A stretch of DNA of 64,000 nt. Origin: Octopus bimaculoides (lineage: Eukaryota). Each line of letters begins with the position of its first letter. Positions within the stretch are counted from its first letter, which is position 1. Both the position numbers and the translations under genes were made by a program. Of this stretch, positions 1 through 9,194 are shown piece by piece. The stretch spans positions 20,694,143-20,758,142 of the forward strand of contig NC_068990.1 of assembly GCF_001194135.2 (NCBI RefSeq), in the 5' to 3' direction. The notes beneath the pieces were generated by a model. That model did no database searches. It had not been told where the DNA came from and worked only from the letters and a program-made list of their open reading frames with translations.

Positions 1-853
1 GTGTGTGTGTGTGTGTGTGTGCGTGTGTGAGTGTATGTGCGTGTGTGCATGTGTGTGTGTCTCTAATGGTCAGTGGTCAATCTAATATAATATAATATTA
101 ATATTGCGCTGTAAAAATTACCAGTAACCTAGCCTGACAGCCACTACAATTAGTAAACTAGTTCGGATTATAAGAGATACCGGTTCAGCTTTCCAGAATG
201 TCGCTGTTGTAATTGTAATGTGTCATGTTGAACAGCCATACCGTTTGAGTCATATCTTCGGGAATACGTTGAAAATTCCTAACATATTTTAGTCTTATTA
301 AACCTCTTTAGCTAAGTTTGGTTTTAGTTTTGCCAGATCTAATATGACGGGAGACTTGTAGACATTACAGTAAATAATCAATGCATGTTGTTGAATACTT
401 ACATAAGCGATTTGACAACATTGCCATGAGGCAATTTGGTATTGTTGTCTGGTACCTTATTAAGTATATCTCAAGGGCGGAATAAAATTTAACATGTCTG
501 GCCATATGGCAAAACTAAAGAAGCCGTTTGTGAGTTAACAGCTGAGCTTAGAACTTGTTTTCATAGCAACAAAATATAAAGAATATGTATTGATATCTGT
601 TTTATCTCAACGAAATTTTCTGTGAAATGCGTCAGATAAACACGATCCTATCAGTTTCAGAGATGTCGTTATATTCTTTAGGAAAACTTCTTTTACACCG
701 AAGCGTATGAAAATAATGGCTCTATTGATTGTTTCAATGGAAAAAATAGGAAATATTGACCTTCAAGCAACAAGCAATAATCTCCGTTTTATTCAGACAA
801 ACATTTGCTTCTTTATATTTAACATATGACAAATATGATTCGAAAGCCATGCT

Positions 854-885
<32 letters not shown>

Positions 886-1086
886 TGTATGTATGTATGT
901 ATGTATGTATAGAGAGACATACACATATGTACATACACATATGTACATACACACACACACAAGCACACACACACACAAGCACACACACATATGTTTATAC
1001 ATATGTGTATGTGTGTATGTATGCATTTTTGCGCCTGCTGATGTATGTACAGGGAAAGACAGGGAATGAGTGGGCAACTGAATTCC

Positions 1087-1094
1087 TATAAATA
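1087..1094 (+). promoter_or_regulatory. TATA box of protease 1
   Basis: TATAAATA 52 bp upstream of the ATG, conserved at 15321-15328 upstream of paralogue 2. Confidence 0.75.
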
Positions 1095-1138
1095 TGCCAA
1101 GCAAACTGTGTGCATGCAGATTTCAGGTTTTGATCACC

Positions 1139-1199
1139 ATGTATAAATCTCTTGGCTTGATCATCCTTGCAGTGGTGGCCTGCTTCCATGCAGTACCCA
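1139..1199 (+). CDS. Protease 1 exon 1 (signal peptide)
   Basis: caccATG context; hydrophobic [20 protein letters not shown]; donor GTAAGT at 1200, conserved in paralogue 2; TATA box about 50 bp upstream. Confidence 0.9.
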
Positions 1200-4100
1200 G
1201 TAAGTAAGAAAACAAGCTGGCTTGTTTTGACACCTTTTCGATTTCGTTAATCATTCTATATGCATCTTATAGCATTATTGTTTTTAATGTAGAATTTTCT
1301 TGTATAATTTAATAACTTCAAATGTAAATGTTTAATTTTCTGTTCATATACAGTGGAGCTTCAGTTTTCGAATACCTCTCAATCACAGGAAAAATTGTTT
1401 ACGAATAATTTTTCGGACATAAAGCGTCTCGGATGAGGAATCCTGTCTTGAATAACGAAGACGCAAACTGCCAACAACGGTTGAAAATAAACAGAACGTC
1501 TGTTGCTTTCTGGCTTTCCCTCTGTGGACATACCTTTTCAAATGAATCCACTAGGCCTTCAATTGAAATTCCTATGCAAAAATAATTTCGCTTTACAGAA
1601 ATTTCGAGTGACAGACGGCCTTCACGGGCGAAGTAGATTTATAAATCGATTTGCAAAGTATTTTCATTAAATTCATTACCATTTTCAATCTTTTATGACG
1701 CATATCGAGATTAGATTTGCTTTCGCGAGTATATAATTTGAACTCAAAAAGGAAAATGGTGCGATAGGTAACAAAAATATGTTTGGATTCTTGCTTCCAT
1801 GGCATACAGAGTAAACGTATTTTGAATTTGCTTAATTACTTCTGTAGTTTTTTGAAAATAATATAAGGTGGAGATACGGTCACAATTTCCATTAACGTTG
1901 CCTCTTTATCATAATCAAAATGGCGTATATGAAACTCAAATATTTGACTGCTATTTATTTTCATGACACAAGATCAACTATAACGTAGAATCTAAAACAA
2001 AATATCGGAGTTAATTTAATACTTCTAGACGTTATCTGACATATGTTATCAAAGTATTATAGACGTTTAACTCTTAAGCATCGAGGAAGATATGAAGAAA
2101 GGTCTAAATATTCCATCATTGGCACTTTCATAGACATATTTCTTTTCAAAATTTCTTAAACGGATATGAATGAGTGATTTGTTCAGGCCTTGCTACTACA
2201 ATGCTAATGCGATCCAATATACGTGTGTGCGGTGACAAAAATGAGATATTTTCTTGTTTTCAGTTAAGGATGTAGACGAACATATTGTGGGTGGAAGTGA
2301 CAGTCGACATTGTGAGTTTCCTCATATGGTATACCTCGATATTGCCCTGGGTGATGGAGGAACATTCTGTGGTGCATCTTTGATTGGCAAGAAACATGTC
2401 TTGACAGCAGCCCATTGTCTGTAAGTATGTTTGATTGTTTTGGTCATTGGGTTCTACCGTTCTTGGGCTCAGTTTTGAAGGATATAATTCCGCACCCGTC
2501 TCCCCCTTCGAAGAAAAAGTCATACCCAGTTATCATATTCTTTAAATCTCTTATTCTATCGAACTTTCTTTGCCGGAGCACTAAGGTGCGGAGACGTAAA
2601 CAAAGCAACAACAGTTGTCAAATAGCGGCGGTCGTGGGAAAAACAGAGGTACAAAGGTACACGTATGTCTATGTATGTGCATGTGTGTGTGTGTATGTGT
2701 GTATCAGACTTCTACACAGTTTCTCTCTACCATGTACTCTCACAATGCATTGTGCGATCTGGAGTTGCTTCAGAGACTACGTGACGAAGATGCCGCGAAA
2801 TGGAACTGAAAAGCCAGCTTCTTAATCACACAGCAATGCCTGCGACTATATTTTGTGTTTATATTCCCACGGAAAATTTGATCGATTTAGATTTAAATCT
2901 ATTGTTGCTGTGGTTGTGGTGGTTGTGGTGGTGGTAATGATAGCAGTAGTTGCATGCATTTTGCCTCGTATCAGCGCTAGTCAAGCTGACTTATGATCAG
3001 AAGTGTTGTAATCATGATAACCCTGTTTGGTTGGAGATGTGGGAATCTGTAATCCCATGTATATATACTGCCATATTTCAAAATATGTTTGAATGAAATA
3101 TGTACCTGCTAGCAGCTCAAACTGCTAAATCGAAAGCTTCTACTACATCGTTTGACCTCCCAGACGTGGCAGTCAAATCTCTTTGAAATCAAATCCTACG
3201 ATTTTTAATTTCAAAACATTCAAATTTTAGTGATAAACAAACATAATGAAATGCAAAATACAGATTTATAATATTGATTTCGAAATTCGGCACAAGGCCA
3301 GCAATTTCAGGAAAGAGGTAAGGGTCGATTACATCTACCCCTTAGTTCAAATGGTACTTATTTTCTCCATACCGAAAGGATGTAAGGCAAATCGAACTCG
3401 GCAGAATTTGAACACAAAACAGCCGGTTTGCCGCCTTAAGTTTAGTAAGATATCGACTTTGGCACAAGGCTAGCAATTTCGAGGCAGTGGTAAGTCGATT
3501 ACAAAGACCACAGTGCTTAACTGATATTTAGTTTATCAACCTCGATAAGATGAAAGGCAAAGTAGAATTCGGCGTAAATAGAACTCTGACCGTAATGACG
3601 GATGAAACGGCGCTAAGCAACGTGACCGTCGTGCTAACGATCCTGTCAGCTCGCTGCCTTCAAGTTTAGTAAGACATCGATTTCAAATTTTGGCTCAGCG
3701 TCAGTAATTTCGGGTGAAGTTGGTAAGTCGATTATATTTATTTTATAAACCCCGAAACGATGAAAGACAATGTTGGTATCAACGAAATTCGTACTCCGAC
3801 CGCAAAGACGGACGAAATGTCGTTAAGCCTTTTGCCCGGCGTGCTCACCGGTCTGTCAGCTCACTGACTTAAGGTTTATGTTATGTCTGAAGCTACTGCT
3901 ATCTAGCACTTTCGGACGATATCTACTCAACGGCTAGTCAACAGTTACTGAACAATCAGTCTACTGTCAGTCGACTCCTACTACGGTCAGACTACCTCTA
4001 TTTATATGTCTTGGTCGAGCCTACTTCTTCGCTTGGGGCGTCAACACAACAGTTTAATAAAATATCATAAATCACTATGCGAAAACGAAGCGCCAGCTGG

Positions 4101-5670
4101 TTTCCAATGATATGAGTGAATAGATGCTAGAATATTAACACTGGGTGAGAGAGAGATATTCTCATATAACAGAGGAGATTTCCTGCATCGACGTTTCACT
4201 CACTAGATAGAATACCTAAATCGCACTCAAAACACCTGCATCATTTTCAGAAGTGAAGAACACATTGCATAATTCAGTATTAGAGCAAGTAAAGAAGGGT
4301 GGTCATATGAGGAATGCATTTAATCACAAGCCTGCTCAGTCAGGGTTGACCTAGTATTAAATAACAACATCTGTGCTTCGCGAAGTGGTCGATACCGACT
4401 CCTAAAAAGCGAGTGAGTGGGGCATTTTACATTGGTACTGGAGACAAAGTATGAAGAAAATACTCGAGACATATCTTGCGTCCGTTCATCTTCTCCGTTC
4501 CCTACTCATTCGTGGGTTATGGGATAGAATTCTCAGGCGTTATCTCCATAGGGTCCTCTCAGAAGCAACGGACAATTCACTTTCCAACTGGATTTCCAAG
4601 CGTGACCTACTGTTACTATGGATGTTATCCAACCTTCGAAGCATCTTTTCATTGTCTTATGTGTGTAAAAACTATTTCCATTGATCATCCTGCGTGTGAA
4701 TAAGCTGGTAATTTCAGCGGTGAAAATTATTTGTAAACGTTTTATATTGATGAAACGACGCCATTATTCTTTTGATGGCAATCCATCTATTGGCTTAAAA
4801 TTGTTGTGGCTCGTTTNNNNNNNNNNNNNNNNNNNNNNNNNNNNNNNNNNNNNNNNNNNNNNNNNNNNNNNNNNNNNNNNNNNNNNNNNNNNNNNNNNNN
4901 NNNNNNNNNNNNNNNNNNNNNNNNNNNNNNNNNNNNNNNNNNNNNNNNNNNNNNNNNNNNNNNNNNNNNNNNNNNNNNNNNNNNNNNNNNNNNNNNNNNN
5001 NNNNNNNNNNNNNNNNNNNNNNNNNNNNNNNNNNTCTTGACATAGAATAACTGAATGCTGGGACAGATGTTTAAAGAGAGCTGCTAAAAGAAAGGGTACG
5101 GTAGTTTTAAAGGTATATGAAGCACCGACCTAAATCTTAATTAAAGCTCCAGCACATTTCCTCTTTTATCTGAGCAATGATGAAGAGGAAGGGTAGAAAG
5201 AGTAGGACCACAAATACTAGCAGCAACAGCAGGAGTAGCGGTAGATAAAGTGGATTTTTATATAAGCTGAATTTTCTTTTTCTCTAGTAAAAACAAAGAC
5301 GTTACGGGAATTACTGCTAACTTTGGATCAACCAACAAGAATAACGCAACAGTTCAGATACCCGTAAAGAAATGGGTGTTGCATCGGAATTACGTGAGAG
5401 GGCGTACTTTCGGTTAGTATATTTTTTCTTTTGAAAAATTATAACAGAAATTAAACTTTGCGCATGTTTTGTTTTTGGATTTGGTTTCCTCGATTTTTTT
5501 ATGTAGACTATCATGCTGAAACAGATGTCGTTGTATCTCGTTAGGGTAATTGAACCAAAAATAGATACACGCCTAGGTTCTATTTCACTTCTTTTACTAC
5601 TAGCCAACTCGTTAACATTTAACCAATTAAATAACCGATCGTTTGACTATTCCTTCAGTGAATCAATCAG

Positions 5671-5702
<32 letters not shown>

Positions 5703-7953
5703 GGAAGCAATCAAACTATCAATTAATCAACTTGGTTTGTCAAAAGTATCTTCCTCGCTATTGGTAAAACATATACATAGAGGGCGGGATTTCACTCGGT
5801 TTCCATCTGCGAAATGCATTCTCAAAGCAATGATTGACTCGGAGCTCTAGTTTTTTTACTTTAACCAGTTGAGCATTCCCTTGGTGGTTGAAAATATGTG
5901 CATCGCTGATCATGAGCTGAAGTGGTTGGGAAGCATCAAATCCATGTGTTGAGAGGAATTCTTTTGGGTGTGAGCAATTCATCAGTGGAAATATGAGCGT
6001 TTGTTCATCATCCTTCAGTAACTGTTTTTAGGGAACTTTTGAGCGAGAGGAGTTACTCGATCTAAAGAAAATTGCAACTGGATCCCACCCGCAAGTTTAT
6101 GCGTTGTTTATCGTGATATGAGAACACTATGTCGCGTACCTAGCGTTTTGATGTGTGTGCCTGGTATACACTTATCAGACGGGTAGTCGTGATGGGTATA
6201 CTGGGTTTCGTATAATTGCACCCCAGTGTCACTTTGATGATATGCTCTGCTCTCTCACTCAATGATAATAAAAACTGTATGTATTGATATACAAAAATAT
6301 TTCAAAAATACTTAGTGTTCTTCACGTCATTTTGCAGATAATGACATTGCTATCTTGGAATTGAAGTCACCTGTCCCGACCAGCCGATGTATCATGCCTA
6401 TAGAGGTACCAAAGAAAGGAGATACATTCAAAACGCGATGTGTCACTGCTGGATGGGGTCAGACCGGAGGTATGTCATGTTAATTTATAAAATTTTATCT
6501 CTGGAATTGAAAGTTTAGTCCCAAATACGATTTATACATTTATTTATTAACAAAATATTTCATGTTCTTTGCATTTATTTTATTATCTAGAAACTGGACA
6601 TTACCCAATCCAGATGAAACGAACTAATATTGATATCATCCCAAATGATAAATGCCAACCCTATTCTCCTGGTGCCTCGGTTGAAATGCATATCTGTGCT
6701 GGCGACCTCAAAAGAAATGGACAAAATATTTGTTACGTAAGATGACGTTTATTTATGATTTCAGATTATAAGCATATTTGTTCCATTTCATATTTTAACT
6801 TTTTGCATTCCATCCATCCATCTATCCATCCATCCATTCATCTATCCATCCATCGGGCCATCCGTCTTTTCATCTATCTTCGTCCACTATGTCTGCGAGA
6901 GTCGTAGGGGCAGAGTCCATAGGCATCTCAGTCATATGCGGAGTGAAAATCAAGGAAAATAAATCAGTCGTAGTGAGGGACATAGATTTGTTAAGGTTCA
7001 TGCGCCCACTCTTTTCCTTAAATCGGCACTGCCTATACAGCCACACAGTGCGCAACACGTCAGATGTCGAAGTGAATGTAAAGTAACATAAAATGAAATG
7101 ATCTCCTTAACCGTAAAACGTAACCCGGTCATCTGATCAACAGTTCCACACTCTAAACATTAGGTGACCATCTTTGCCCCATAGAAATACTTTTTTTCTA
7201 AATCCTAATGCAACCTGATGGGAAAAGAAAAAGCTAAATAGTGCAGGTACATTTCTAATTTATAAGAATATCAAAATGAATATTTGAGCAGGATTTTATT
7301 TTATTTTGAAAATACGCTATCTTCATCTGTTCGTGTCTCTTTGTATCTCTTTCTCTCTTTCTCTCTCTGCCTCTGCATGTCTCTTGGTCTATCTCTCTTA
7401 CTCTCTCTGTCTCTGTCTATGTCTGCCTATCTGTCTGGTTCGTTCTCTCTCTTTCGCGCTCTCTAAATATATTCATCATTTTGTATGAATTAATCTGTCT
7501 CTGTACAGATGTGTATTTGAATGATAAATGTTTGTAACAATTATTTTTAAATGCTTCAATCCTAAGTAGATAAAGTTATAAGTAATAGCTTGCAAATATT
7601 GTTTTTAATTCTAAAAAAAAACACACTTCTGGTGGAAAAAAAGAGATGGCCCCACAAGTTTTGATTAATACAATATTTACATGTTATTTTTAATGAGCAT
7701 ATTTACTTTGAAATCAATTGTTTTAAATTAAATTATTTCACGTTCTATCGAAGTTTCTCACTATTTATCACATAATGTCTTTCTTATTATTACATAGGGA
7801 GATTCTGGCGGTGGTCTTATCTGCAGGAGGAACTCTGATAACAAATACGTCGTTGCTGGCATTTCTTCTTACGGCTTTGATTGTGATGAAGGATTCGGTG
7901 TCTTCACAAACACCGCCAATTACAGAGATTTCATTAATAACAATACTACATAG
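1139..7953 (+). CDS. Secreted chymotrypsin-like serine protease (peptidase S1A), paralogue 1; 6 exons, 258 aa
   Basis: Exons 1139-1199, 2264-2420, 5288-5412, 6338-6469, 6591-6736 and 7798-7953 all have GT-AG boundaries, with phases 1,2,1,1,0 joining into one 777-nt ORF: [27 protein letters not shown]|[231 protein letters not shown]. It has a signal peptide and the TAAHC, DIA and GDSGG triad motifs. Confidence 0.95.
1351..1665 (+). mobile_element. Degenerate Tigger/pogo-like MITE in intron 1 (homologous copy at about 15584-15892)
   Basis: TA + CAGTGGAGCTTCAGTTTTCGAA start resembles a pogo-family TIR. The paralogous copy ends in ttcataaatcaaggttgtattg, a decayed reverse complement. Confidence 0.5.
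2264..2420 (+). CDS. Protease 1 exon 2 (propeptide, IVGG, catalytic His)
   Basis: ttttcag acceptor; KDVDEHIVGG...FCGASLI...LTAAHC; donor GTAAGT at 2421. Confidence 0.97.
3270..3878 (-). mobile_element. Three tandem tRNA-derived SINE units (SINE family A) in intron 2 of protease 1
   Basis: Three ~190-220 bp units carry the ggtaagtcgattac / tggtacttatttt / ggcaaagtcga motifs shared with many dispersed copies, separated by a gccttaagtttagtaaga(t/c)atcga linker. Confidence 0.8.
3879..4051 (-). mobile_element. Solo LTR, 173 bp, specific to protease 1 intron 2
   Basis: TGTTATG...CACAACA inverted TG/CA termini; 5-bp target-site duplication GTTTA (3874-3878 and 4052-4056); empty site in paralogue 2 (aaggttttataaaatatc); TATA-like CATATAAATAG on the minus strand. 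Confidence 0.85.
5288..5412 (+). CDS. Protease 1 exon 3
   Basis: tttttctctag acceptor and GTTAGT donor; 125 nt restores the frame between exons 2 and 4; homologous 125-nt exon at 18955-19079. Confidence 0.9.
5850..6260 (+). mobile_element. (AAT)n-tailed retroposon family copy, degenerate, in protease 1 intron 3
   Basis: Homologous to 54251-54835; ends in ...ctgctctctcactc followed by a short AAT tail. Confidence 0.8.
6338..6469 (+). CDS. Protease 1 exon 4 (catalytic Asp, GWG)
   Basis: ttttgcag acceptor; DNDIAILEL...CVTAGWGQTG; GTATGT donor. Confidence 0.96.
6591..6736 (+). CDS. Protease 1 exon 5
   Basis: tatctag acceptor; ...NDKC...HICAG...NICY; GTAAGA donor, phase 0. Confidence 0.95.
7798..7953 (+). 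CDS. Protease 1 exon 6 (catalytic Ser, stop)
   Basis: tacatag acceptor; GDSGGGLIC...GISSYG...C...GVFTNT; TAG at 7951-7953. Confidence 0.96.
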   Translation, partial: GDSGGGLICRRNSDNKYVVAGISSYGFDCDEGFGVFTNTANYRDFINNNTT

Positions 7954-7969
7954 TAACTCGGTCCCAAAC

Positions 7970-7996
7970 AATAAACCATTTTATTAAATGAATAAA
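7970..7996 (+). terminator. Polyadenylation signals of protease 1
   Basis: AATAAA at 7970 and 7991, followed by a T/GT-rich tract. Confidence 0.7.
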
Positions 7997-8535
7997 TCTT
8001 TAAATCAAATTTGTCTTACTATTTCTTCTGTTGCTTTTTTTTGTTGTCGGTTATATTTTATTTCGCTACAGTCATTAGAATATGACCATACTGCAGCACC
8101 GTCTTGAAGAATTTTTAGTAGAATAAACCAGGTACATATTCTAACGATTTTTAATTTTATTNNNNNNNNNNNNNNNNNNNNNNNNNNNNNNNNNNNNNNN
8201 NNNNNNNNNNNNNNNNNNNNNNNNNNNNNNNNNNNNNNNNNNNNNNNNNNNNNNNNNNNNNNNNNNNNNNNNNNNNNNNNNNNNNNNNNNNNNNNNNNNN
8301 NNNNNNNNNNNNNNNNNNNNNNNNNNNNNNNNNNNNNNNNNNNNNNNNNNNNNNNNNNNNNNNNNNNNNNNNNNNNNNNNNNNNNNNNNNNNNNNNNNNN
8401 NNNNNNNNNNNNNNNNNNNNNNNNNNNNNNNNNNNGGTCATATTGCCAATTTAGCCAATAAAAACACACGCACTGTATATTTGGTGTTAATTTGCTTCAG
8501 TTTTATATTACATTATATTACATTAATCCTATTTC

Positions 8536-8580
8536 GGCCAAAGTTCTTTCGTCACACTTCTGTGACCTCATCAGTGGTCC
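8536..8580 (-). ncRNA. Minimal type I hammerhead ribozyme-like motif
   Basis: Minus strand reads GGACCA-CUGAUGA-G-GUCACA-gaag-UGUGAC-GAAA-GAAC-U-U-UGGCC: intact core, 6-bp stem II, stem I GG(A)CCA/UGGCC, and a 2-bp stem III that needs dimerisation. Activity is untested. Confidence 0.6.
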
Positions 8581-8652
8581 TTTGCTTTCTTCTTTCTTAT
8601 GTGTGTCTCACCTTGCTAACTATCAGCCATGTTGTATGGCTGACATTTAGCA

Positions 8653-8797
8653 AGGTGAGACACACCATGTCGCGTACATATGATTGTGATGCGTGTGCCT
8701 AGTGTACCCTTATCAGACGGCTAGTCATGATGGCTATATTGGGCTTTGTATATTTTACCAAAGTGTCAATTTGATGGCATGCACTGCTCTCTCACTC
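8653..8797 (+). mobile_element. 5'-truncated (AAT)n-tailed retroposon copy
   Basis: 3' 145 bp of the 54251-54835 family followed by (AAT)n. Confidence 0.85.
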
Positions 8798-8821
8798 AAT
8801 AATAATAACAATAATAATAAC

Positions 8822-8985
8822 ATCGAAAAACACCTCAGGAATGAGAACCTAGGTTCGAAATGTCCCAAAGACACCTAATTAAGTCTGGAGGGTATCATCC
8901 GAAACGCTGCGTTAACAACAAACAAGACGAGGACATATATCCATCAAATATAGATAATGTAAATAAAGTAGATGTTATTAAAAGA
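8822..8985 (+). mobile_element. Probable Penelope-like terminal repeat fragment with a decayed hammerhead core
   Basis: gacac-ctaatta-a-gtctggagggtatcatcc-gaaa-cgctgcgtt resembles a CUGAUGA...GAAA motif with a mutated core; follows an (AAT)n. Confidence 0.4.
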
Positions 8986-9083
8986 ACATGTAAATATTGT
9001 GTGAAACAAAACTTGTGCGGCAGTCTATTTTTCCTAGAAGTGTTTTCGTAAATAATATATATATATATAAGCTTACTATTAGA

Positions 9084-9194
<111 letters not shown>

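Larger units (their letters stand above)
1..8110 (+). repeat. Tandem segmental duplication unit, copy A (left end outside the window)
   Basis: Collinear homology with about 13670-22130 across upstream DNA, all exons, the introns and about 150 bp of 3' flank. Confidence 0.95.

Noticed and set aside
4451-4703. ORFs in intron 2 of protease 1 as an extra exon or nested gene
   Set aside because: The protease frame closes without them, and the homologous region in paralogue 2 (about 18350-18590) does not keep the ORF. The minus strand looks faintly like decayed LINE sequence, but too weakly to call.
4817-5034. 218-N gap in intron 2 as hiding a missing exon
   Set aside because: All six exons are accounted for, and the flanks are only about 13 nt apart in paralogue 2.
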